Part shown: piece by piece, positions 24,988 to 36,990 of the stretch
How the letters are laid out: each line of letters starts with the position of its first letter
How positions within the stretch are numbered: position 1 is the first letter of the stretch
Source of the DNA: Octopus bimaculoides
Taxonomy: Eukaryota
Assembly (NCBI RefSeq): GCF_001194135.2
Contig: NC_068998.1
Location: forward strand, 10,060,750 to 10,124,749
DNA length: 64,000 bases
Reading direction: 5' to 3'
Translations under genes and position numbers: made by a program
Notes under the pieces: model-generated
What the model saw: the letters and a program-made list of their open reading frames with translations, nothing else
Databases searched by the model: none
Told to the model about the DNA's origin: nothing

Positions 24988-25040
24988 GAGGATGATGAGG
25001 AAAGTGTCCATGATCTATCTTCGCAGACTATCCGAGATTG
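24988..25040 (+). CDS. Candidate 53-nt exon, EDDEESVHDLSSQTIRD(W/C) (phase 0-2)
   Basis: tttttctccattatttaatcag acceptor, ttg|gtaaat donor; GC-richer acidic reading frame in an AT-rich background; in frame with 20266-20292. Confidence 0.55.
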
Positions 25041-25166
25041 GTAAATATTGTTGCGATTGATGAAAGAAAATGAACGTATGAGATACGGCGAATTAATGTC
25101 TCGTTTTGTCAAGATTTGCTCAGACGGGAGTTGACAACGATCGATTCTGCTCTGCCTGAATTCTTT

Positions 25167-25562
25167 ACTCTTTTACTTGCTTCAGTCATTTGGCTGCGGC
25201 CATGCTGGAGCACCATCTTTAGTCGAGCAAATCGACCCCAGGACTTATTCTTTGGAAGCCTATTACTTATTCTATCGGTCTCTCTTTTGCCGAACCGCTA
25301 TGTTACGGGGACGTAAACACACCACCATCGGTTGTCAAGCGATGTTGGGGGGACAAACACAGACACGCAAACATATACACACACATACATCTATATACAT
25401 ATATACGACGGGCTTCTTTCAGTTTCCGTCTACCAAATCCACTCACAAGGTTTTGGTTGGCCCAAGGCTATAGTAGAAGACACTTGCCAAAGGTGCCACG
25501 CAGTGAGACTGAACTCGGAACCATGTGGTTGGTAAGCAAGCTACTTACCACACAGCCTCTCC
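25167..25562 (-). mobile_element. SINE family B, full length
   Basis: Reverse complement of the 2322-2705 and 28535-28925 consensus. Confidence 0.9.
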
Positions 25563-25732
25563 TACTGTGCAAAGAGAAAAGTGACTAGTGAGTACTCATG
25601 TTTTGGCTGCAAGCAGCCGAAATATAAGGCCGGACAGCTCTCAGTTCCAATTCAGACACTACTTGAAGAAGGTTACTGTTCGGTGCCACTTCAACGTGCG
25701 GTCTACCTGACCACTCGTGCTTTAGTATGCAG

Positions 25733-25820
25733 TCTAACCCTAACCCTAATCTAAACTAACCTTAAGCTCTAAACTTTAACCTTAAATCAAAACTTAAACC
25801 CTAACCTTAACCCTAAACTC
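25733..25820. repeat. Degenerate telomere-like (CCCTAA)n array
   Basis: ctaaccctaaccctaatctaaactaacctt...aaccctaaccttaaccctaaa. Confidence 0.7.
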
Positions 25821-27049
25821 AACGCAGATCAGGTCATTTCACAACGTAGACTAATAAACTGCATGCTAGAGTAGCATCTACTGCTCTCTCAATAGCCTAA
25901 TAAACATGTGAAAACAATGAATGATCAAAACTTCAGCTGGTTTCACGAGAGTTGCTGCATTACCCGTCTTCTGACTTGCTGGAAGAGGAGCGATCGATAA
26001 AGATCAATGCGAAGTAGTAAAGAGTAGCGAAAATTGAACGATAATAAAAATATAACCAAATGAAACGAAGTTTACGCACGATGTGAGTTGGCAAAAACGG
26101 ACTGACAGAAACGTACTTCACATTCATGCAGAAATGGGACTACATTTTATAATGTGGTTCGTTTTAAGTGTGATTTCAGGAAGATTTGACTTCTATTTCT
26201 AACAAGCAGGTCGAACTACTACGTAAAGGTGTCACTGCTAAGTGGTGGTGGTGACAGCGGTGATACTACATAGTATTGACAAGTTGTGTGTGTTACGTCG
26301 GTTTTACTCACAGAAGCTGTGTTGTTAATGCCCATGCAGGCGACAGGTTGTGATGGAGGCGGTTGCGTTGGTGGTGGCGATGGCTGTGTGTGTGTGTGTG
26401 TGTATGTAGGAGGAGGAGGGGGAGGAGGAGGAGAACCATTCCGCTTTGTGTTTCTTATAACATTTTTAATATATATTATGTTATTACATTCAGAAGTTAG
26501 GGAGTGCCGTTATTGCAATAATTGTTGTTTGTCGGCAGATTCCTGTCAATCCACTGTAAACATTCGCGCACGCACGCACATACACACACACACACACACA
26601 CACCTACATACACATACGTATGTTTGTGTGCGAGTGCGTGTCTGTGCACAGATATGTATTTTTTTATTTTTATTTCCCCTTTGTCGGCAATTACACGAAT
26701 TAGTAAACCTCCAAATTATTGTTGTCGCCACTAAAATTCCTGTCCGCTCCTCTTCATATAATCCCAATTAAGGACACAAAAACATTCCTTTCCTCTTGGT
26801 GAATTTAAAGAATGGAATTTACAGCGTGTTCTTTTGTTTACATTTTTTCTTTTTCTTTTGGCCTTCTTACAAGATCGATTCTACGTAGATCTATGGTTAC
26901 AACCATTTTCTACCTACGGACCTCTTTGGTTCCTATTTTACTCACATGGACCCACATAGGCATTTGATGTTTAAAAGATTTTTGGTGGAGATAAAGAATA
27001 CGTACACCATCCGTTTTCGGCGTAACAAAAACCCCGGGTGTACGTATTC

Positions 27050-27332
27050 CTTACTTTTGCCAGCATCGGTTGTCAAGCGAAGTTGGGGTGACAAACACAG
27101 ACACACAAACATATACACACACATAAATTATATATATATATACATTATATATATATATATACATATATACGACGGGCTTCTTTCAGTTTCCGTCTACCAA
27201 ATTCACTCACAAGGCTTTGGTCGGCCCTAGGGTATAGTAGAAGACACTTGCCCAAGGTGCCACGCAGTGGGACTGAACCCAGAACCATGTGGTTGGTAAG
27301 CAAGCTATTTACCACACAGCCACCCCTGCGCC
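27050..27332 (-). mobile_element. SINE family B
   Basis: catcggttgtcaagcg, internal microsatellite, tttcagtttccgtctacc...cttgcccaaggtgccacgcagtgggactgaaccc...cagccacccctgcgcct. Confidence 0.9.
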
Positions 27333-27549
27333 TATTGATGTCTTTCAATATTTTCTCCACATAAACACATTTTATGGAATGATGATGCTGAAGTAACACA
27401 CACGAAAAAACACAAACAAAAAATATGGTAATTTAAATTTTTACCCGCACTCCAAGAGAGGCCGTGTGTGTGTGTGTGTGAGAGAAAGAGGGAGAGAGAG
27501 AGAGAGAGAGAGTGAGAACATTTTTCTGAAAGAAAATTATGCTATCAAA

Positions 27550-27681
27550 ATGTTGTTGGCACTCCGTCGCTTACGACGACGATGGTTCCAGTTGATCCAA
27601 TCAACGGAACAGCCTGCTCGTGAAATTAACGTGCAAGTGGCTGAGCACTCCACAGACACGTGTACCCTTAACGTAGTTCTC
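27550..27681 (-). mobile_element. SINE family C 3' end, cut by a gap
   Basis: Matches 33659-33790. Confidence 0.85.
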
Positions 27682-28534
27682 NNNNNNNNNNNNNNNNNNN
27701 NNNNNNNNNNNNNNNNNNNNNNNNNNNNNNNNNNNNNNNNNNNNNNNNNNNNNNNNNNNNNNNNNNNNNNNNNNNNNNNNNNNNNNNNNNNNNNNNNNNN
27801 NNNNNNNNNNNNNNNNNNNNNNNNNNNNNNNNNNNNNNNNNNNNNNNNNNNNNNNNNNNNNNNNNNNNNNNNNNNNNNNNNNNNNNNNNNNNNNNNNNNN
27901 NNNNNNNNNNNNNNNNNNNNNNNNNNNNNNNNNNNNNNNNNNNNNNNNNNNNNNNNNNNNNNNNNNNNNNNNNNNNNNNNNNNNNNNNNNNNNNNNNNNN
28001 NNNNNNNNNNNNNNNNNNNNNNNNNNNNNNNNNNNNNNNNNNNNNNNNNNNNNNNNNNNNNNNNNNNNNNNNNNNNNNNNNNNNNNNNNNNNNNNNNNNN
28101 NNNNNNNNNNNNNNNNNNNNNNNNNNNNNNNNNNNNNNNNNNNNNNNNNNNNNNNNNNNNNNNNNNNNNNNNNNNNNNNNNNNNNNNNNNNNNNNNNNNN
28201 NNNNNNNNNNNNNNNNNNNNNNNNNNNNNNNNNNNNNNNNNNNNNNNNNNNNNNNNNNNNNNNNNNNNNNNNNNNNNNNNNNNNNNNNNNNNNNNNNNNN
28301 NNNNNNNNNNNNNNNNNNNNNNNNNNNNNNNNNNNNNNNNNNNNNNNNNNNNNNNNNNNNNNNNNNNNNNNNNNNNNNNNNNNNNNNNNNNNNNNNNNNN
28401 NNNNNNNNNNNNNNNNNNNNNNNNNNNNNNNNNNNNNNNNNNNNNNNNNNNNNNNNNNNNNNNNNNNNNNNNNNNNNNNNNNNNNNNNNNNNNNNNNNNN
28501 NNNNNNNNNNNNNNNNNNNNNNNNNNNNNNNNNN

Positions 28535-28925
28535 GGCTGTGTGGTAAGTAGCTTTCTTACCAACCACATGGTTCCGGGTTCATTCCCACTGCGTGGCACC
28601 TTGGGCAAGTGTCTTCTACTATAGCCTCGGGCCGACCAAAGCCTTGTGAGTGGATTTGGTAGACGGAAACTGAAAGAAGCTCGTCGTATATATGTATATA
28701 GATGTATATGTCTTTGTGTGTCTGTGTTTGTCCTCCCAACATCGCTTGACAACCGACGGTGGTGTGTTTACGTCCCCGTAACTTAGCAGTTCGGCAAAAG
28801 AGACCGATAGAATAAGTACTAGGCTTCCAAAGAATAAGTCCTGGGGTCGATTTGCTCGACTAAAAGGCGGTGCTCCAGCATGACCACAGTCAAATGACTG
28901 AAACAAGTAAAAGAGTAAAAGAGTA
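28535..28925 (+). mobile_element. SINE family B, near full length
   Basis: Close to the family consensus through the gaaacaagtaaaagagtaaaagag tail. Confidence 0.9.
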
Positions 28926-29342
28926 TACACTCAATCAACAGGATCTAAACGATATTTGTTGAAAATTTCCTTAAAAAGTATCCATTTTTCTGGAAGTTAT
29001 GAGGCAATAAAGTCGGAGGAGGGGTACACATCTGTAATTATGCCTAATCGACTGCCTCGAAATTGCTGGCCTTGTGCCAAAATTTGAAACCATTATTGAT
29101 CGGGCAGAATCGTTAACACGCTGAGCAAAATGCTTAGTGACATTTCGTCCGATTTAACGTTCTGACCTGAAATTCCTCAGAGGTCGACTTTGCCTTTCAT
29201 CCTTTCAGAGTTGATAAAAATGAGTACCAGTTGAGCAATGGGGATCGATGTAATCAGCTTATTTCCTGCCCCGAAATTTCTGGCCTTGTGCTAAAATTTG
29301 AAACCATTATTGATCGGGAGGTAACTGTGTTGTGCGACATAT

Positions 29343-29710
29343 GGCGATCTTTCGATACCAGTCAGAAATATCGGCCTTTTCCATAAAAAGTGTCTTCGGC
29401 GATCTTTACCAAAGATCGGCCTTTTCCGTAAAAAGTGTTGGAGAGAAACAGGGAAACGACGTCATAAAAGTGAAAGACATACAGAGAGCGCGATTTATTT
29501 TGAAGGGTTTAGGGTTAGGGTTAGGGCTTCGGTTTTAGGGTTTGGGTTACGAAATTCGGTCCCTAACCAACCCTGACACTAAAACCGTAACCCTAACACC
29601 GTAGTGAAGATCGTGCGGGTGTTACAGAAAAGACCGATCTTTGGTAAAGATCGCCGAAGACACTTTTTACGGAAAAGGCGGATATTAAGGACTCGTATCG
29701 AAAGATCGTC
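29343..29710. mobile_element. 368-bp MITE with long TIRs, 8-bp TSD and internal telomere-like repeats
   Basis: TIR ggcgatctttcgatac / gtatcgaaagatcgtc; TSD cgacatat at 29335-29342 and 29711-29718; (TTAGGG)3 at 29509-29526 facing CCCTAA units at 29561 and 29591. Confidence 0.85.
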
Positions 29711-30780
29711 CGACATATTAAAAAACTGCATGGTATGATTTGAGAGAAATTTCACTGTTATTTCTAACAGACTGAGCGATAGCACAGCGAGCGGTTCACT
29801 TTATTGTGCTTAGCAGAAAGTTTTTTGTTCGTTATACTTTTCGTGGGGATCATTTCTGATAATCAATGCTTCAGCTATTTTTATTACCGATAATGCTATG
29901 CCCACCACCACCGCCACCACCATATACACAAACTATCCTTTAATAGATTTCTAAACTTCCTTTTTTTCCTTCCTTCCCGGAAATGTTTTGACCGGAAGGA
30001 ATCGAAATCTCCATGAAACTGCATGTTTTCGCTTTTGTTTCTGGCTATGAATAATACATATGGACGATCATATTTCATCTCTTTGTCAACGTTGACATGT
30101 TTTTTTTTTAATTATTTATTTATCTGCTTATTTATTTTGCAATGCTTCAGTATTGGTACATGATATCATTGTCCCCTCACAGACTTCCCTCCTGATATAG
30201 ATAGAGCAGGCTGAAAAAGAGGGTGAATGATATTGTCTTCTAATACCGACACTTTGTAGACCAATATCGAAGGATCGGATTCTTTTCTTTTTGTTTCAGT
30301 CTTTGAACTGCGGTCATAGTGGGACACTGCCATGAAAGGTTTTAATCGAACAAATCAACCCGAGTACGTATTTTTATATGACCAAACACTTACATAGCTC
30401 AGTAGCACAGTATCGACATCGATCTCCCATACAAATCACGCTGCTACTCGAGAATAACGAAGTAGACCACGCAGACATCGGTGCAGCTAAACTGCATTCA
30501 AGACAGAGATGTGCATCTGCTACAGAAGAGCTATTTTCAGATCACCAGTATTATAGCTCCTTCTCTGCTCAAAACTATCTATTCTGATGAAGTACGTCTC
30601 TCTATAGCTTGGTATTACTTCTGTTACATTTTTAAGACGGTAAGCCGGCAAAATGATTACTACGTCGGACAGGATGCTTAGTGGCGTTTCTTCTGATTAT
30701 TTACGTTCTAAATTCCAAATACGTAAAACAGAGTGATAGACAAATTTTGAAAGACACGAGCACTGACATATATATATATA

Positions 30781-30875
30781 TAGTTCAAAAAAACAATAAC
30801 AAAAAAACAAAAAAACAACAAAGTGAGGACGTGATATGGATAGTATTATTGGACGCTCAGGAAAGGAAAGACACG
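30781..30875 (-). mobile_element. Truncated copy of the 38718-38939 Penelope-like remnant (hammerhead part missing)
   Basis: agttcaaa...gaggacgtgata...ggacgctcaggaaaggaaaga shared; abuts (TA)n. Confidence 0.7.
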
Positions 30876-31637
30876 CACACAAACGTGTGTTTGTGTGGTC
30901 TACGTACGTCCATATAGGAATATTTATATAAATAATACAGAAGATTAAACGGGAGGTGAAATCTTATCAAATAGGCGTTCACTTTACCTATAAAGTATTA
31001 TAATTAAAATTAAGATAAGTCAGGGCGACTGTTTTCAACTGAAATTTAGCTGAGGAGAAGTGGAGACAAAAGGAAAGAGAAAGAAGGAGAAAGAAACACA
31101 CACATACAGACAAAAACAAGCTTACTCTCCAATGTCAGCCTGCAAACACATACACAAACTCGCTGAGAGAAAGGAGAGTTTAAGATTATTTCAATATCGC
31201 TATTTTTGTAACGACTGAACAAAGGCGAGCCAGAGCCAACGTAGAAGTCTATATATGGTCTCTTGACCTACAAGAAATAGCAGCCAAATCACGATAGACA
31301 TCTCGGAACACACGTAAAATCATCATGTACCCAATATAACTCAAGAAAAACCATTCAAAATTACACGAACCTTATTAAACATAATTAAACCAAAGAAACA
31401 AACTTCCGTTGCTGGAGGGGAAGGAATCATGATCTGCTAGAAATAACAGCTAAATTTTCAAAATCAAACGCTACGTCTAAAATAAACCATATGAAAGAGA
31501 ATTACGGGGACGTAAGCACACCAGCATCGGTTGTCAAGCGATGTTGGGGTAACAAACACAGACACACAAACATACACACACATACATATATATACAAGGC
31601 CAGCAATTATGGGGGTGGGTGGGGTTTATTATATATA

Positions 31638-32540
31638 GTTACAATCCCAGAAAATCCATGAGGTCAATTGCAAAAGATCTCCATGTGTCAGAAGGAACAG
31701 TCAGAAGTGTCGTCCACGAAGACATCAGATATAAATCTTATATGATGAGGAAAGGTCAATTTGTCAGAAAAGGCAAAAGAAAATCACTACATCAGATTTA
31801 AAATACTCTTAAACAAACTGAAAACTCCAGCAGAAGAATATTTGATTTGGTTTTTCTCAAGCGCGAAAAACTTCGATCAAGATCAAAAAGTTAACAGATG
31901 AAATGACATATTGTTATGTGCAGACCCTTCTGAAGTTTCTGCATACAAAATTCCCTGCAACTGTCATAGTTTTAGGGGTTGTCAGTAATGAAGGACGTGT
32001 GATGCCTCCTTACTTCTTTCCACAAGGCCTTAGAGTTAACTCTGCCGCCTATATTGAGGTCCTGGAAATAATTGTTAAGCCCTGGATAGACAGTGTATGC
32101 AATGGAAGGCCATGTGTTTCAGCAAGACTCTGCACTATCACACATGGCTCTAGTAACACAAGAATGGATGGCTGAAACTTTTCATGATCACATAACCCCT
32201 AACATTTGGCCTCCTAATTCCCCATATCTCAATCCATTGGACTATTACATGTGGAGCGTTGTTGAGAGGGAGGTCAATAAATATGCCCATAACACCAAAG
32301 ATTCTACGAAAGCTGCCATAGTCAGAGTAATGTCCAAAATGAACCAAGGACCACTTGATTCGAGTATGCAGATGATTTAGATCTCATATAGAAACAGATG
32401 ATGAAGTTGAAGATGGCTTTATTGAATAACATTATAGAAAAGAAGGTTTATTTTTATCGTCATAGCATTTCTTGATAAATAAATTATTATCTGTTATTGT
32501 ATGTTTTCTTATAAATATAAATCTGTCCTCAAATATCTTA
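31638..32540 (+). mobile_element. Decayed Tc1/mariner transposase, DD37D (maT-like)
   Basis: HTH region NPRKSMRSIAKDLHVSEGTVR; WFFSSAKNF (first Asp mutated); FQQDSALSH...WPPNSPYLNPLDYY with 37 residues between the second and third Asp; several frameshifts and stops. Confidence 0.9.
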
Positions 32541-32960
32541 CATACAAACACACACATATATATAAGGTATTTAATTCCATTCAGCCAAATAGAATACTTA
32601 TCGTTGAAACTGTGTTGCTACATTCATGAATATGGTGTGGGGGTTAGTAGTAGTAGTAGTAGTATTAGTAGTAGTAGTAGTAGTAGATTCATGAATATTA
32701 AAAAAAGCACTATTGAAACAGTGACGTCCGTAAAACGACTCCTTGACCCCAATCCCGGTTTACCCGTCTGTCCGTCCATCCATTGAAACCATGTTGGATG
32801 CAATAAAGCTGAAATAAATTACATCCTTAAAAACCCATTATTTGCATTCATGGCAACAATATTTGCTGCTGTTCTTGTTGTTATTGCAATCATAGCTATA
32901 TTGCTGGTCAAACTCGTTATCATTAATAGTGTTTCTTGTTGTTGTTGCTGTTATCATTTA

Positions 32961-32991
<31 letters not shown>

Positions 32992-33456
32992 TACTATTTA
33001 TTGATATCGCTGTGTTTGTTTGTTGTTTCTGTTATTATCAGGTTTTGTTGTCATTGTTTTTTTGTTTTTGTTTTTACTGTTGTTGTTGTCACTGATGTCG
33101 CTTTTAATTATAACGCTGTTCTGCCTTTATTGTCGGTGCTAATTATGCAACTGCCATTGTTATTGTTGTTCAAGTCGTTCTTCTATGCTTATCGCTGCTT
33201 TCAATATCGTTGTTATTTCTGCTGTTATTGTCGTTGCTAATCCTGTACTTTTTGCAGTTGCTATTCCAGTTGTCATCGTTGTTGCTATTGTTGGTGTTAT
33301 TTTTATGATTATTTCTGCAATTGTTCTTGTTGCCATTCCTGTTGTTCTGGTTATCAACGTAAGTAGCATTCACAATTTAGTCGCTGTTATTACATATACT
33401 CATTCTTGCTGTTGTTGTTGTTGTTGTTGTTGTTGTAATCCTTATCGACGACCATA

Positions 33457-33655
33457 AGGCGGTGAGCTGGCAGAATCGGTAGCACGCCTGAAGACGTGTT
33501 CAGTCGCATTTCGCCAGTCTTTACGTCCTCAGTTCAAATTCCGCTGAGGTCGGCTTCACTTTTCATCATTCGAAGTCGATAAAATAAGTACCAGTTGAAT
33601 ATTGGGCTCGATGTAATCGACTAGTCCCCGCCCCTCAAAAAATTTTAGGCCTATG
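33457..33655 (+). mobile_element. SINE family A monomer, diverged
   Basis: ggcggtgagctggcagaatc head, agttcaaattccgc, gtcgataaaataagtaccag. Confidence 0.8.
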
Positions 33656-33658
33656 ATT

Positions 33659-34322
33659 TGTTGTTGTTGGCACACCGTCGCTTACGACGTCGAGGGTTCC
33701 AGTTGATCCGATCAACGGAACAGCCTGCTCGGGAAATTAACGTGCAAGTGGCTGAGCACTCCACAGACACGTGTACCCTTAACGTAGTTCTCGGGGATAT
33801 TCAGCGTGACACAGAGTGTGACAAGGCTGGCCCTTTGAATTACAGGCACAACAAAAACAGGAAGAAAGAGTGAGAGAAAGTTGTGGTGGAAGAGTACAGT
33901 AGGGTTCGCCACCATCCCCTGCCGGAGCCTCGTGGAGCTTTTAGGTGTTTTCGCTCAATAAACACTCACAACGCCCGGTCATGGAATCGAAACCGCGATC
34001 CTATGACCACGAGNNNNNNNNNNGCTGAGCACTCCACAGACACGTGTACCCTTAACGTAGTTCTCGGGGATATTCAGCGTGACACAGAGTGTGACAAGGC
34101 TGGCCCTTTGAATTACAGGCACAACAAAAACAGGAAGAAAGAGTGAGAGAAAGTTGTGGTGGAAGAGTACAGTAGGGTTCGCCACCATCCCCTGCCGGAG
34201 CCTCGTTGAGCTTTTAGGTGTTTTCGCTCAATAAACACTCACAACGCCCGGTCATGGAATCGAAACCGCGATCCTATGACCACGAGTCCGCTGCCCTAAC
34301 CACTGGGCCATTGCGCCTCCAC
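33659..34322 (-). mobile_element. tRNA-derived SINE family C; apparent tandem copy is probably an assembly overlap
   Basis: Minus-strand head gtggaggcgcaatggcccagtggttagggcagcggactcg...gtttcgattcc has A- and B-box motifs; about 270 bp repeats across a 10-N gap. Confidence 0.85.
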
Positions 34323-34336
34323 AGGCTTATGATAGA

Positions 34337-34555
34337 AAAGGATTATAAGGCAGAATCGTAAGCATATTGGACAAAAATGCTTGGCGATATTTCATATACC
34401 GTTGCGTTCTGAGTACATATTCCACCGAGGTCCACTTTGCCTTTCAACCTTTCAAAATCGATAAAATAAGTCCCAGCTGAGCACTGGAATCGATGTAAAT
34501 TGACCACCTCTTCCTCGACAAAATTTCAGGCCTTCTACCTATAGTAGAAAAGATT
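34337..34555 (+). mobile_element. SINE family A monomer, diverged
   Basis: ggcagaatcgtaagc...ttccaccgaggtccactttgcctttc...gataaaataagt. Confidence 0.75.
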
Positions 34556-35598
34556 ATTATTATTATTGAGTGATGATGGTGGAGATGGTGATGATGATGG
34601 TGGCAGTGATAGTAGTGGTGGTGGTGGTAATGATGTGTGGTGGTGATGGTGATGATGTCGGCGATGATAATGATAATGGTGGTGAAGATGGTTATTGCTA
34701 TTGTGTAAGACATCTCAATACTGCTGGGGTTTTTTGTTTTCTTAATTTTTTACAATTTTTTTCGATGGAAATTTTTTGTTAACTTACAAACATGTAAAAG
34801 ACAGCTTCATAGAGAGAGAGAGAGAGGATTGAGGAGAGCAGACGATACAACAGCAGCGAGGTATTGTTTCATCATGATAAACCTGATTCAGCGCGCACAC
34901 ATAAACGCACGTAGACATGTACACATACATACACATATACTCGTATAAACCTACACACACACACACACACACGCATAAACACATGTATGGACCTTATAAC
35001 ACACACACACACACACACATTACTAATCCGACTATTTTTATGAGTTGATGAATCAAAATTATATATTTTGCAATATAGACGACATAGAACAATACACATA
35101 CGATATGAATGTGTATGTATGTATGTGTGTGTGTATGTATGTATATACACACACATATATATATACATATACACACAAATATATGTATAAATATACACAT
35201 AATATATTCATATATATATATATATATATATATANNNNNNNNNNNNNNNNNNNNNNNNNNNNNNNNNNNNNNNNNNNNNNNNNNNNNNNNNNNNNNNNNN
35301 NNNNNNNNNNNNNNNNNNNNNNNNNNNNNNNNNNNNNNNNNNNNNNNNNNNNNNNNNNNNNNNNNNNNNNNNNNNNNNNNNNNNNNNNNNNNNNNNNNNN
35401 NNNNNNNNNNNNNNNNNNNNNNNNNNNNNNNNNNNNNNNNNNNNNNNNNNNNNNNNNNNNNNNNNNNNNNNNNNNNNNNNNNNNNNNNNNNNNNNNNNNN
35501 NNNNNNNNNNNNNNNNNNNNNNNNNNNNNNNNNNNNNNNNNNNNNNNNNNNNNNNNNNNNNNNNNNNNNNNNNNNNNNNNNNNNNNNNNNNNNNNNNN

Positions 35599-35674
<76 letters not shown>

Positions 35675-36182
35675 GATGGTTCTGTATGAAAATAGTTGCT
35701 TGCGCGCACGCGCACGCGTGTATGCATTTGCGTATGAAGAAGTGTAGATGGCGTTATATATATGTGTATAAGTCAGCGCGCATAGTGGATGCGTGTTCGT
35801 GAGTACGTGTGTGTGTGTGTGTGTGTGTGCCTTTGTGTGTATGTGTGTATGTTTGCATGTGAATGTGTGTGCGCACGCAGACAGACACACTTGTAATAAT
35901 TTCGATTAATCAGTTCAGGACAGCTTATGAAATGAAGGTCGGAGCCAATAGTCCTCGGGGAGGAAAGAAAACAACGTTGACTGCAGAGATATATCTTTGA
36001 TGTGTTCACTATAACAATATATGAACACAACAATAACCTTTATCATGTTGTACGGTGGTCATATGACACGATAGTGCCGTAGTTATGACCTTTACGGTTT
36101 TCTCCTCTCTCCTACAAACTGGTTGGCGAGGTTGCCAGTATGATTGAGAGGAGGAACGTAGCCTTGCCAACTGGGCAGGGTA

Positions 36183-36225
36183 TAGTTCGTTGAAGAAGTC
36201 TCATTTGACCGAAACATGTCCACTA
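36183..36225 (+). ncRNA. Degenerate hammerhead-like motif
   Basis: UUGAAGA AGUC ucauuu GACC GAA ACAUGU C: palindromic stem III and GUC site, but C3U, a stem II base mismatch and a weak stem I. Confidence 0.3.
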
Positions 36226-36482
36226 CTCTTTTCTCTTGGCTTTAAAGACAAGATGTACGCGCATCCTTATCGTTTATTTTCCGAAAAATTTCAAATAACT
36301 GATCTTATTAAAGTATAGAAAATCGCTCCTTGGATTTGACCCTGCGGCGGCTCCGCTTTAATGTGAACATGGATTTGGATTAGCAAGTTAGTTAATACTA
36401 TTACCATATTCGGTAATTTTATAGCAACAAGCGATAAATCCTTTACATAGATAACCAACAAGTCTATCTACATTGCTTACAG

Positions 36483-36514
36483 CTCAACACATCTTTCAGC
36501 GGCTCTAATAAGAA
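36483..36514 (+). CDS. Weak candidate 32-nt exon, (C)STHLSAALIR (phase 2-1)
   Basis: ctatctacattgcttacag acceptor, gtgagt donor; phase fits after 24988-25040. One of several possible next exons. Confidence 0.2.
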
Positions 36515-36560
36515 GTGAGTCGGTTGACATTAAAAGAAAATTGGAATAAACATGCGAAAT

Positions 36561-36990
36561 TCTTTTCTACTCTAGGCACAAGGCCCGAAATTTGGCGGGA
36601 GGGGGCCAGTCGATTAGATCGTTCCCAGTACGCAACTGGTACTTAATTTATCGACCCTGAAAGGATGAAATGCAAAGTCAATCTCGGCGGAATTTGAACT
36701 CAGAAAGTAAAGACAGACGAAATACTGCAGAGCTTTTCGCCCGGCGTGCTAATGTTTCTTATTTCCTTATTGCCCACAAGGGGCTAAACATAGAGGGGAC
36801 AAACAAGGACAGACAACGGGATTAAGTCGATTATATCGACCCCAGTGCGTAACTGGTACTTATTTAATCGACCCCGAAAGGATGAAAGGCAAAGTCGACC
36901 TCGGCGGAATTTGAACTCGGAACGTAACGGCAGGCGAAATACCGCTATGTTTTTCGCCCGGCGTGCTAACGTTTCTGCCAGCTCGCCGCC
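36561..36990 (-). mobile_element. Dimeric SINE family A
   Basis: Same two-monomer structure and the same gaaataag|aaacattagc junction as 10967-11384. Confidence 0.9.

Noticed and set aside
30378-30681. Overlapping short ORFs, including a minus-strand frame with CLEC and CRYC
   Set aside because: Several frames are equally open, acceptors are weak and the phase does not join the better exon candidates.
33744-34290. Apparent tandem duplication of a family C SINE
   Set aside because: About 270 bp repeated almost identically either side of a 10-N placeholder gap; typical of unmerged overlapping contigs or haplotypes.
34250-34322. tRNA-like sequences at SINE heads
   Set aside because: A- and B-boxes run straight into SINE bodies and no intact cloverleaf acceptor stem is evident; not called as tRNA genes.
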